From a virus, in the IMG/VR virus record IMGVR_UViG_3300045988_161801, positions 2,506-66,505 of that record: DNA of 64,000 nt; one strand, given 5' to 3'. Below, piece by piece: positions 52,594 to 61,123 of this stretch (position 1 is the stretch's first letter; each line of letters opens with the position of its first letter). The notes under the pieces are model-generated. The model worked only from the letters and a program-made list of their open reading frames with translations, searched no databases and was not told where the DNA came from. The translations under genes and the position numbers were made by a program.

Positions 52594-53165
52594 TTTTGAA
52601 CTATTTTCATGTTAGCACTAGCTTTAATTATTTCCGAGAACGCCAGGGTGTCATCCCTCTGATTCAGTAGTATGTATTTTTGTTTTATCTCGTTTTCAAG
52701 CACGTCCCCGTGATACACGTACCCCATGATTCCACGAATTGACAGGTTCAGTAACAGTATCGGGATAGATCTCGATGACAACTCCCAGCACGTTACCATG
52801 TGTTGAGACGGGAAATGTTCCCACGGGATCAACTTGTTGCAACGCTGCCACCAGTCTGCTATTATCATAGAACCGTTCCCGGCGGTTGGCTCGTGAAGGT
52901 GTCCATGTTGTCCGGTTAATTCCGAGCATAGAATCCCTAGAGAATCTGGCGTGAAATCTTGTTTTTTCTGTTTTCTCTCGGATAGCTCGCTCTCGTACAA
53001 TTCTTGGAACCAATCGTGAGACATATCGTAATTGTTCAATCTAATTAATTCCTTGTACATATCGTTTCGGTCGTTTAAATCACCCTCTATAATTTTTGTA
53101 ACGGCATCTGGAAGATCCCTTAGATCGTCTATGCCGAAAAGTTTAAACACGTCTTCTTTTTTCAT
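52590..53165 (-). CDS. truncated N6-adenine methyltransferase-like protein (HsdM-type N-terminal half, no NPPF/Y motif)
   Basis: FTPDSL (motif X), [12 protein letters not shown] (motif I) and [27 protein letters not shown] (GxE..Nl.lhG..gDxL block). The ORF stops about 30 aa later without motif IV. ATGA overlap with the recombinase gene. Confidence 0.5.
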   Translation of the reverse strand: MKKEDVFKLFGIDDLRDLPDAVTKIIEGDLNDRNDMYKELIRLNNYDMSHDWFQELYESELSERKQKKQDFTPDSLGILCSELTGQHGHLHEPTAGNGSMIIADWWQRCNKLIPWEHFPSQHMVTCWELSSRSIPILLLNLSIRGIMGYVYHGDVLENEIKQKYILLNQRDDTLAFSEIIKASANMKIVQK

Positions 53166-54051
53166 AATATTCCAGGTCTTTTTTTAATATTTTCTTGATC
53201 AAGGTTAATGATCTTGATATTCTAGCATCCACGTTCCCTTTACTAATAGACAATATTTTAGCAATTTCCGTGTTCTTGTATCCCTTGTATCTCATCTCTA
53301 GTATCTCCCTGTCTCTCTTCACGGGCAACAAGTCGTAAAGGGGAAACTCGAAATCCTTGTTGAAAAAATACGGGTCGTAATCAAAACACGATAACGAGCA
53401 TCTCTTTTGAATAAAATCTTTTACTCTTTGTTTGCAATACCACACCCACGTTACGAGAATGTCTTCACAATCCCTGTTGCATGTCACGTGAATAAAAGCG
53501 TCTTGAACAATATCTTCTGCATCTTCCTTTGATAAGTTAAACGTCCTTGACAAGTATAACCGTACCCGTTCAAAATGTGATTTATACAATCCAGCGTACA
53601 TGCCCATTTTGCTTGATGATATGACTTGGGAGGCCTCGAAAGGTAATACTAAATTATCTAACGAGTAATCAAGCTTGTTACCGTTCTTGTAGCATGGCCT
53701 GACATCAAGCCACTTGCCAATCACGAACGAGTTGTACAGGCATTGCGCCACCGTCACTTGAATTTCACGGTGTTTCCCGATTGATAGCTTGACAAATTTC
53801 TCAGACAAAGGACGCCTCACGTGTTCTTTTTGAATCACGAATCCTTTCCCGCTAATCGTTTTAGCAAAGAATACTTTCCCGCTGATCGTTATATAATAAC
53901 TCTTGTCACTTGAATCCATTAGATAAGGAATTTGGGCCGTTTTTTCATTTGTTATCTTTTCGATAAAAGATTGAGCTTCATCCACGTGATTTATAAAATA
54001 TCCTTTTTTTGTGTCCATGGTCTCTAGCCAGCTTTCGCTGGTATTCTTCAC
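53143..54051 (-). CDS. sigma-70/ECF-like protein with an N-terminal degenerate HNH_3/NUMOD-like domain
   Basis: Region 2-like ..SKEDAEDIVQDAFIHV.. and region 4-like ..REILEMRYKGYKNTEIAKILSISKGNVDARISRSLTLIKKIL... The N-terminal part has ..CYKNGNKLDYSLDNLVL... Confidence 0.55.
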   Translation of the reverse strand: MKNTSESWLETMDTKKGYFINHVDEAQSFIEKITNEKTAQIPYLMDSSDKSYYITISGKVFFAKTISGKGFVIQKEHVRRPLSEKFVKLSIGKHREIQVTVAQCLYNSFVIGKWLDVRPCYKNGNKLDYSLDNLVLPFEASQVISSSKMGMYAGLYKSHFERVRLYLSRTFNLSKEDAEDIVQDAFIHVTCNRDCEDILVTWVWYCKQRVKDFIQKRCSLSCFDYDPYFFNKDFEFPLYDLLPVKRDREILEMRYKGYKNTEIAKILSISKGNVDARISRSLTLIKKILKKDLEYYEKRRRV

Positions 54052-54062
54052 TTAATTTCTTG

Positions 54063-54764
54063 TTACGCCGTTTGTTTTAATATCTCGTGAATCTTGTTCA
54101 TCTTCTTGTCAATGATCGAGAAGGCCGTGAATATCTCCTCGCAATTATTCAAGTCTATATCCACCTCACCGTAAATAGAGGCGAAGTAACCGGTGAATTT
54201 CTTCGATTCGAAGTTTATAGCCTTGATGTTAACGTCATCCAGGCAAACGTCACGCATCATAACCTTGCTCATGATCCTCGATACCTTCTCGTCATTCATG
54301 ATCGAGTAGCCGGAAAGGACGTTGATAATTGACGCTCTCGCTATGCAAGTGACGTGATCCTGGTTATCGATGAACTTCTGCACGTATCTCTTGATCGAGT
54401 GAAATAATATCTTGATGTCGTTCCCGAACTCGTCATCAAGCGTGTCAAGGTTACTTGTCAACTCTCTCTTTGAAGATTCAGTTATGCATACCGAGTCATA
54501 CATGATTGACTTGTACTTGTCAATCCGGCGTTTCATCTCGTTTAACGATCCCTTGAACCCTTGCCGGTACAGGTTAGACCGTTTCGTGTCGTTGATCAAT
54601 TCCAGTATATACCCATCGATCGTGTCGGCGACGATCAAGCCGGAATAAATATACTTTTTCCTGTTATCCAAACCCATGGCGGAGATGGCGTCAATCCCGT
54701 TTCTCCTCGGAATGACTACCGGTATCCTAAATTTGCCTGGTTTGATATTTATCGTTGTTCCCAT
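54063..54764 (-). CDS. hypothetical protein
   Basis: 233-aa ORF. Confidence 0.55.
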   Translation of the reverse strand: MGTTINIKPGKFRIPVVIPRRNGIDAISAMGLDNRKKYIYSGLIVADTIDGYILELINDTKRSNLYRQGFKGSLNEMKRRIDKYKSIMYDSVCITESSKRELTSNLDTLDDEFGNDIKILFHSIKRYVQKFIDNQDHVTCIARASIINVLSGYSIMNDEKVSRIMSKVMMRDVCLDDVNIKAINFESKKFTGYFASIYGEVDIDLNNCEEIFTAFSIIDKKMNKIHEILKQTA

Positions 54765-54765
54765 G

Positions 54766-54990
54766 TTAATCCATTCTTTTAAAATACCTTGATTTAAACT
54801 CTTTGGTGTGGATGATCGAGTTCTTCATCCGCTCTTCCGTTTTGAAAAAGTAGGTGGCGTTCCCATCCTTGACCCGGAACTCACCTAGTTCCGGTGCCTT
54901 GATCTTCTTCTGTTTTATAGTTTCACTGTCACGCCGGGCCAGTTCCTTTGAATTCTGGAAGTCCGGGTGTTCTATACCGTTTGCTGTCAT
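54766..54990 (-). CDS. hypothetical small protein
   Basis: 74-aa ORF. Confidence 0.45.
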   Translation of the reverse strand: MTANGIEHPDFQNSKELARRDSETIKQKKIKAPELGEFRVKDGNATYFFKTEERMKNSIIHTKEFKSRYFKRMD

Positions 54991-55006
54991 GATATGTTAT
55001 TAAATT

Positions 55007-57085
55007 TTAAAATGGTGCTTTCTCCGAATCATCCTCGAACGGGTTAATATCAAAACTCCTGTCCGGTTCGATTCTCTTGAATAATTCTGTTTGTTTAGGT
55101 TGTTCTTGCCACCCGTACACGATGTACTCTGCCCTTGAATTTTTAAACCTCCTGCTTTCCACCTCGTAATACATCCCGACGAGATAGTCAACAACTCCCA
55201 TGCTCCGGTTCTTGCAAACCTCTAACACGTTCGAGTACTCGGCGTACCTTAACGTTTTCTCTTTCCCGAAGAACTCGCTCGCCCTTCTCACGAAATCCTC
55301 TCCGACCCGATGAACAAGAAAACAATTATCAACAGCGTTAGTCAAGTCTGCCGTGCCGCTAATCGATTCCTTGCGCAGTAACGTGGTTTCTTTCCTCGGG
55401 TGAGCGACGAGTATCACGTGAATGTTCATCTGTTTCGCCATGTCGCAAATGTCGATGATGAATTTCTTCTGTTTCCCGTACTTGTCACCGTCAAGTCCAT
55501 CTATGTCGAGAGCCATGAGGTTATCGATAACGACCAGTTTCACGCCCTTGTTCGTCACCACGTCCTTCACGTCGTGAACGATCTGTTCCCACTTGCACCC
55601 GTAGTTGTTGTTGTACAGGAAAAACTTGTTTTCCATCCACTCGCTGATCTTCTCGGATATGTTTCTAGGGGTGTAATAAACGTTGTCGTACGACGTGTTT
55701 TTCACCACGTGATTCTTTCCCGCCGCCACTTGATCTAGCCATCCTTTCAGCTTGAAATCGACCAGCTCTCCCGACCACAACGCCACGTTAAAACCACGTT
55801 GCACGGCGTTCATCATCACCACGTTCAACCAGCTAGATTTACCGGAACCGTTGACACCAGAAACTAGCGAAACCTCGCCGAGTATTAACCCGGTGATGGC
55901 CTTGTCTAGATCGAGAAACCCGGTTGGTATGGAGATCACTTTAGAGGGGTCGTAAAATTTAATATCCCTCATGGATAACCATTTCTTCCCCTTGTCCTCC
56001 GTTTCCTCCCTTGGCTTGAACTCTTCCCGTTGCACGTGGCCGTAATATTGCTGCTTGTGTACGAATTCCCGGTAATCTTTCTTGTCGTAAGCGTCCGGCT
56101 CGTACTTCAACCGCAAGTCCTTCCACGTGTAACTTGAACATGAATTATGAAAACAGGTGAATCCTATCGCCCCGGAAGGGGACACGAATATCGCCGAATC
56201 CGGGGCCTTGTGGGACGGGTCAAACGGGCATTCTTTCAAGATAATTTTTCTCAACCCCGCCACGGACGTGTCCCGGTAAACCTGTATCCCGTGCTTGTTG
56301 ATAAAATCATCGATGTTGAAAGTTTCCTGGTTGAAACGATTGCTGTACGTGGGTTTTTCTTCCACGGGCAGTATCTTGTTCACCTTGAGAAACAATTCCT
56401 TGTCGGTCGGTTTTATCTCGTCCGGCACGGTTAGAATCTTGCTCAGCCTGTGCGGCCTGTCTTGATCGTTCGCCCCCTTCCTCGCCACCGTGCCGTACAG
56501 TTTCGTGATTCTAGCTGCGTTACCTACCTTGACGTCAATATCAACGTTATCATCCGTGAAAAGTAACGCTAACGCTTTCAGGAAATCCGAAACTATCTTG
56601 TCGTTCTCCGGGGTGTTCGCCCAGCTATCAACCTTGTACATGAGATGTAAACCGTTACCGGAAGAGCAAACCACCGGGAAAGAGAAACCGTTGTCCCGCA
56701 AGAACTTCCACACTTGCCCAGCCTTCGTTCTGGCCGCTTGCCACTCGGCGTTTGAACTCGATATTTTCTTGTGTCCCCGGACTGGATCAAGGTCAATCAA
56801 GACCCAGTCACGGCAAACGACATCCGTGTCCTTCGTGCTCTCTGCACCGAGAAGCATCTTGTCTTTCTGCGCCATGGAGTAGCACATCTCGCTTATCGAG
56901 TTGAACACGAAGTAGATATTGTACTCGGCATCGAAACGCTGTATGGCATCGCACGCTAGCTGATGGTCTTTGAAGTACCCGCTCCAGATGTCCTGTTTCC
57001 TCGTCACGTGCATGGCTCGAATCTCGAACAACCTATCATCCGGGCAGAACACCTCCAAGGCTCTCATCGCTTCAATTCGATCCAT
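55007..57085 (-). CDS. bifunctional AEP primase-polymerase / DnaB-RecA-type (SF4) helicase
   Basis: N-terminus has ..WVLIDLDP.. (DxD) and ..SSGNGLHLMYKV.. (sGnGxH). C-terminus has Walker A VSGVNGSGKSS and Walker B VVIDNLMAL. Confidence 0.8.
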   Translation of the reverse strand: MDRIEAMRALEVFCPDDRLFEIRAMHVTRKQDIWSGYFKDHQLACDAIQRFDAEYNIYFVFNSISEMCYSMAQKDKMLLGAESTKDTDVVCRDWVLIDLDPVRGHKKISSSNAEWQAARTKAGQVWKFLRDNGFSFPVVCSSGNGLHLMYKVDSWANTPENDKIVSDFLKALALLFTDDNVDIDVKVGNAARITKLYGTVARKGANDQDRPHRLSKILTVPDEIKPTDKELFLKVNKILPVEEKPTYSNRFNQETFNIDDFINKHGIQVYRDTSVAGLRKIILKECPFDPSHKAPDSAIFVSPSGAIGFTCFHNSCSSYTWKDLRLKYEPDAYDKKDYREFVHKQQYYGHVQREEFKPREETEDKGKKWLSMRDIKFYDPSKVISIPTGFLDLDKAITGLILGEVSLVSGVNGSGKSSWLNVVMMNAVQRGFNVALWSGELVDFKLKGWLDQVAAGKNHVVKNTSYDNVYYTPRNISEKISEWMENKFFLYNNNYGCKWEQIVHDVKDVVTNKGVKLVVIDNLMALDIDGLDGDKYGKQKKFIIDICDMAKQMNIHVILVAHPRKETTLLRKESISGTADLTNAVDNCFLVHRVGEDFVRRASEFFGKEKTLRYAEYSNVLEVCKNRSMGVVDYLVGMYYEVESRRFKNSRAEYIVYGWQEQPKQTELFKRIEPDRSFDINPFEDDSEKAPF

Positions 57086-57112
57086 GTTCTCGTTAATTTT
57101 AATCGTTTAACG

Positions 57113-57916
57113 TCAATTTAGCCACCTGTTCAGTTGCTCGCTCCACACTTGTCCCTTGTCGTTACGGTCACCATCTCGTGGTTTTGAAGGTGAAGATGAC
57201 ATGGATTGATCTCCTAAATCAAACTCTTGCTCCCAGCAGCGTTTATTGATCCACGTTTGTAGCATCTTGTACTCCGGGCAAAACTCTTTTTTTCTCTGTT
57301 TCTCCTCGTGCCATGCAATCTCTTTTTGGATAGCTGGAAGCAACAAGGGAATAACATATTTCCAGTCCTTGTGTTTTTTCTTGAAATTTTCAAATTCCGT
57401 GATTAAACCTCTTTTTGTACCGGGATATGACCTGCGGAATTTATCAAATTCTTTTTCTAACGAATCATCCCCGGGGGAAATTACAGGGGGTATTATATCT
57501 TGTCTTATCTTATCTTGTCTATTTACTGTATCCGACTGATAGTACGACTGACCCCCCGACTGATCCCCCGACTGATAGTACGACTGACCCCCTTTATGAT
57601 TATCTAAATTTGACTGTCTTTCGGGTAGTCTTAACGTGTATTGAGTTTTGTTGTTTATATCTCCAGAATATCCACTTTTCCCTTCTTTCCAAGAAATGAG
57701 ACCTGCTTGTTCAAGTTTGTTTCGAGCCGATTTAATCGTGTTTACTCCCAGATTTGCACCTAGTGAAATCTGCCTGTATGAAAGCCTGATGGTATCCTTC
57801 CAACCTAACGAGTTTGAAGTATGTATCAAAAAGAAGTATAGCTTGGCCTCGTTCCCAGTAAAAGAATATTCGACATCTACTTTCCAAAAATTATTAATCA
57901 GATCGATATAACTCAT
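57113..57916 (-). CDS. replisome-organiser / initiator-like HTH protein with internal tandem repeat
   Basis: The N-terminal ~100 aa (..GNEAKLYFFLIHTSNSLGW..SYRQISLGANLGVNTIKSARNKLEQAGLISW..) resembles phage replisome-organiser N-domains. A GGQSYYQSGDQS repeat is present. Confidence 0.55.
   Translation of the reverse strand: MSYIDLINNFWKVDVEYSFTGNEAKLYFFLIHTSNSLGWKDTIRLSYRQISLGANLGVNTIKSARNKLEQAGLISWKEGKSGYSGDINNKTQYTLRLPERQSNLDNHKGGQSYYQSGDQSGGQSYYQSDTVNRQDKIRQDIIPPVISPGDDSLEKEFDKFRRSYPGTKRGLITEFENFKKKHKDWKYVIPLLLPAIQKEIAWHEEKQRKKEFCPEYKMLQTWINKRCWEQEFDLGDQSMSSSPSKPRDGDRNDKGQVWSEQLNRWLN
57533..57592. repeat. five 12-bp-spaced CGACTGA iterons inside the organiser gene (ori candidate)
   Basis: cgactgatagta cgactgaccccc cgactgatcccc cgactgatagta cgactgaccccc. 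An AT-rich cttatcttatcttgtct tract is adjacent. Confidence 0.45.
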
Positions 57917-57919
57917 TAC

Positions 57920-58132
57920 TTACCCTTTTCTTTCTGTTATTATCCTTTCTAATTCTTTTCTCTTTTCAGTCAAAAAGTCTATTAATTCTTGAATTTCATC
58001 TTCTGTAATTTTAACTGATAAATAATTGTAATCATCATCGTTGGATGATATTGAAATATCCATGTACCCATCTACACACCCAACTTCTAAATGATTGTTC
58101 TCGTCTACTATTTTTAAAAATGTTCGTTTCAT
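57920..58132 (-). CDS. hypothetical small protein
   Basis: 70-aa ORF. Confidence 0.45.
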   Translation of the reverse strand: MKRTFLKIVDENNHLEVGCVDGYMDISISSNDDDYNYLSVKITEDEIQELIDFLTEKRKELERIITERKG

Positions 58133-58260
58133 GTTTTTCGATTTTTAAGTCTGTAAAACCTCCCGCCCCTACCTTTAAGAGCGATTATTGAAACCCCGTG
58201 GGTGTATCCCTTGCCACGGAGTTTCAAGTACCACATGATGAATTTTATTTTTCTAATCAT
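58129..58260 (-). CDS. very small basic ORF (43 aa, below the track cut-off)
   Basis: ATG at 58260. The TGA overlaps the next ATG (ATGA). Translation MIRKIKFIMWYLKLRGKGYTHGVSIIALKGRGGRFYRLKNRKT. Confidence 0.3.
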   Translation of the reverse strand: MIRKIKFIMWYLKLRGKGYTHGVSIIALKGRGGRFYRLKNRKT

Positions 58261-58267
58261 GTATCTT

Positions 58268-58561
58268 TTATTTCTCGTTTGAAAACGCTTGAAGGTACAA
58301 CTCGGCCACGCTCGCCCCGTGATAATCGAGAGTGGCGGGGTGTTTCTTGCAGAACTCGGCGAACCTGTTAAAGTTACCGGAACTGATGATGAAGTAGTAC
58401 GCCTTGTTCTTGGCGTTCTTCTCTACCTCTAGGGCGTTCCTGCAAGATTCAAGCTGTCCTTGTAACGAATTGATTTTAGATAGCAATTTACCCGTTTCGT
58501 GGGTAGACGTGCGTTTAATCGTACCTTGTACGTTGTCGGCAAATTTCAAGTTCTTGGTCAT
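58268..58561 (-). CDS. hypothetical protein
   Basis: 97-aa ORF. Confidence 0.5.
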   Translation of the reverse strand: MTKNLKFADNVQGTIKRTSTHETGKLLSKINSLQGQLESCRNALEVEKNAKNKAYYFIISSGNFNRFAEFCKKHPATLDYHGASVAELYLQAFSNEK

Positions 58562-58793
58562 TAGCTTTGAAATTTGTATTTAAAAAGGGCTACTCAACCC
58601 CGATTGTTCGACCAAGAACACCATTTACATATTTGCAAACGGCAGCTACGGGTATTGAATAGCCCTATATCTTTGCTGATATAAACTATCAAACGGCATA
58701 AAAATACCATTTGCAATTATATGTATGTGTTCTTGGTCTGAACACCACAAAGATACAACAAATTTCAAAATGCCAATTAATCAATCGAATATT

Positions 58794-58991
58794 TTATTCT
58801 TTAATCAATTCCTGTATTCTCGCCAGCTTGGCTCTTAACATGGTTATCTCGTCCATCGCTGCATTGAAAGCGTTGGCCAGCATATCGTAAGCTGTCATGT
58901 TAACAAATTCTTCTTCACGTTTTGCCGTCTTGAACTCTACTGGGATAATCGTGATTATTCTCCGGATGTCGTTTTTTCTTTTCTTGCTCAT
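58794..58991 (-). CDS. hypothetical small protein
   Basis: 65-aa ORF. Confidence 0.45.
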   Translation of the reverse strand: MSKKRKNDIRRIITIIPVEFKTAKREEEFVNMTAYDMLANAFNAAMDEITMLRAKLARIQELIKE

Positions 58992-58996
58992 ATAGT

Positions 58997-59203
58997 TTAT
59001 TTTTTATAGTTTATACACGTAATATTATTATCCTTGCAATTCGGCTGCGGGCAAACCCTGTACTTGCACTCGATCAAGTTGTACTTCCAAACTGAATGAT
59101 GAATACAGGTAAGGCAGTCCGTGGGAGGGGATGTAGCGATGATCACTATACCACGATCCGGTAGGTTAGAGGGTGGTTTGGGTGGTCTGGTAGGACGTTT
59201 CAT
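58997..59203 (-). CDS. small Cys-rich (zinc-binding?) protein
   Basis: 68 aa with CLTCIH..C..C..C..C. Confidence 0.45.
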   Translation of the reverse strand: MKRPTRPPKPPSNLPDRGIVIIATSPPTDCLTCIHHSVWKYNLIECKYRVCPQPNCKDNNITCINYKK

Positions 59204-59706
59204 CGTGCCTTTATTTTAATAGGCAACCCGGCATATTCCCAAGCGATCAAGCAAGAATCACGACAATCCTGCGATTGTCGCTTGTCCAAACCGCCCACGA
59301 TGTAAGATAATTCCTCGTGTGTTATCTTGCCATCGGTCCCTTTCCAACACTTTTTTAACGGCATTATCTCGTCGACTTCAAGACCGTAATGCCTTGCCAT
59401 TTCAGCTATTTTGCGTGCTACCTCGTGATTCCTTCCAGTGTTATTCCCGGTTTTTGCGGCAGCAGCAATACTTCTCGTGTTCGTGGTATGCCAGTTTGAT
59501 TGTCTTTTCCATCCAGCCTCAATAACCACGATCACGTTTTCCCCTTTATCCATGAACTTTTTTTTCATGTATTGCAGGTAATCCATTAGATCGGGAAAGG
59601 ATAATGACGCTATATTTAACATTCTAGTTTCAACGTGCAATTCTGTCACGCCACTCTTGTTTACATCCGGGTCTATACCGATGACCCTGTCGTATTTTGT
59701 TTTCAT
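59200..59706 (-). CDS. RuvC-like Holliday junction resolvase (RNase H fold)
   Basis: VIGIDPDVNKSGV (first catalytic Asp block), ..VVIEAGW.. and C-terminal ..QDCRDSCLIAW... Confidence 0.55.
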   Translation of the reverse strand: MKTKYDRVIGIDPDVNKSGVTELHVETRMLNIASLSFPDLMDYLQYMKKKFMDKGENVIVVIEAGWKRQSNWHTTNTRSIAAAAKTGNNTGRNHEVARKIAEMARHYGLEVDEIMPLKKCWKGTDGKITHEELSYIVGGLDKRQSQDCRDSCLIAWEYAGLPIKIKAR

Positions 59707-59727
59707 GTTTAGTTGTTTTTAATTAGT

Positions 59728-59790
59728 GAAGGAGGCAGGATTTGAACCTGCAATGATAGGTTTAGCGACTGAGCTGTTGTTAGCCTCCTC
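59728..59790 (-). ncRNA. tRNA-like element: acceptor-type stem plus T-arm, D-loop-like AGCTCAGT, no anticodon arm
   Basis: The - strand reads gaggagg-ctaacaacagctcagtcgctaaacctatcattg-cagg-ttcaaat-cctg-cctcctt-ca. Folded by hand. Confidence 0.35.
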
Positions 59791-59874
59791 GGCGTCCTAT
59801 TCAGTACTATCTACCGCAATGTAGCGTCTTCCAATTCCGCCATACCACCAGATGCCCGGAAATCGGGCGATGAT

Positions 59875-60324
59875 TTATTCTTGTCTATCCTCGAAATAAG
59901 GGAACACGTCCATTATATTGGAATCACCAACTTGCACGATCTCGAACGGGACAACGTAAGTGGATAACGCTTTCTGTAAATTTTCCAACGACTTGTCAAC
60001 GTCGGAACCGGCAACGAGAAAATACTGGTTCGATCTCTTCTCCTTGCCGGAAATGCTGTCAGCGTCAATGATCGCTACTTTCGCTTTGAACCACTTGTCA
60101 TCATTACCGTCTTTAGATTCTACCAACTCGGTAATGTTGGATTTCTTTATCGCCTCTATGTAGAAATCGCCCTGAATTATCTCTCTTAATTCCTCGATAA
60201 TTCTACTCTCCGCTTCCGTGAAGCTAACGGCATCCAATAGGTATAATTTGGACACTTTTCTTTGCCTGCCGTCTTCATCTACTTTCGTGTATTTTACTTT
60301 TACTTCAAACCAATTCGCTGTCAT
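59875..60324 (-). CDS. DUF4494-like protein
   Basis: MTANWFEVKVKYTKVDEDGRQRKVSKLYLLDAVSFTEAESRI.. matches the remembered DUF4494 N-terminus. Confidence 0.5.
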   Translation of the reverse strand: MTANWFEVKVKYTKVDEDGRQRKVSKLYLLDAVSFTEAESRIIEELREIIQGDFYIEAIKKSNITELVESKDGNDDKWFKAKVAIIDADSISGKEKRSNQYFLVAGSDVDKSLENLQKALSTYVVPFEIVQVGDSNIMDVFPYFEDRQE

Positions 60325-60329
60325 AATTT

Positions 60330-60533
60330 TTATTGTTTTAAAATTTTAATCTTTCCAATCATGTCCATGCCCCGAAGGACAAGGTGTTCGTTATCTTCCT
60401 TGCCAGAGGGTGACAACTCCCAGCAAGTGGTTAACACGTGCTTGTTGATTATCCTCTGCAAGACTTTCATGTCAGCCGGGTAAACGATCTCGTTCACCTT
60501 GTTCCGGCCGAGGTTTATTAGCTGTACTTTCAT
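60330..60533 (-). CDS. hypothetical small protein
   Basis: 67-aa ORF. Confidence 0.4.
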   Translation of the reverse strand: MKVQLINLGRNKVNEIVYPADMKVLQRIINKHVLTTCWELSPSGKEDNEHLVLRGMDMIGKIKILKQ

Positions 60534-60687
60534 GTGTTATGTCCTTACATCTTTCAAGTTTCCTTCTCAATAACGCCGCCTTCCGCCTTAACTCCCGATC
60601 TTGAATCGAATCACCCGGCAAGCGTTCGGGTAAAGAATCGAGAATCTTTAGCAGGGAAGCGTGTAGGGTGTTCGATATGATTTTCAT
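60472..60687 (-). CDS. hypothetical small protein (62-nt overlap with the next ORF)
   Basis: 71-aa ORF. The start abuts the stop of 60687-61121. Confidence 0.35.
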   Translation of the reverse strand: MKIISNTLHASLLKILDSLPERLPGDSIQDRELRRKAALLRRKLERCKDITHESTANKPRPEQGERDRLPG

Positions 60688-61121
60688 TAGAAATTGATTA
60701 AGTTTTTCACGAACTCTTCTTCATCTATATGCCGGAGAAACGTTTGGAATAACACTCTCTTCACGTTATCGTACAAGTCCATGAACTCCGCTTCATCCAT
60801 CTTGTCGAAGGCGATAGACTTGGGAGCCTGTGACCACTCTTTTTTGCCGATCAAGTAAACCGGTTCATACAACCCTGCCGCAATCTCTACCGTTTTCCGG
60901 AAAGCATCCTTGTTATGATGAAAAAACTCGACAACCTTTTCGTTCTGGTATTCCCAAGCACAGTTGATCAAGGCGAAATACTTTTTGTGAAATTTGAGAT
61001 TCCTCGCCAATGTGATTTTAGCCTTGTACGTTTCCCCTATTTTTAGCTTTTTCTTCTCCTCGTAGTCTTCATCGTAACATGGTTTCAAGCCGCTTGTCGT
61101 GTTAAGCAAGTAAAGTTCCAT
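60687..61121 (-). CDS. hypothetical protein (DUF1367-like?)
   Basis: 144 aa. ..RNLKFHKKYFALINCAWEYQ.. is reminiscent of DUF1367 phage proteins. Weak evidence. Confidence 0.45.
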   Translation of the reverse strand: MELYLLNTTSGLKPCYDEDYEEKKKLKIGETYKAKITLARNLKFHKKYFALINCAWEYQNEKVVEFFHHNKDAFRKTVEIAAGLYEPVYLIGKKEWSQAPKSIAFDKMDEAEFMDLYDNVKRVLFQTFLRHIDEEEFVKNLINF

Positions 61122-61123
61122 GA

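Noticed and set aside
55400-56959. Antisense and alternative-frame ORFs (60-130 aa) inside the primase-helicase gene
   Set aside because: They lie inside a 692-aa gene with clear AEP and Walker motifs, and they have no independent signals.
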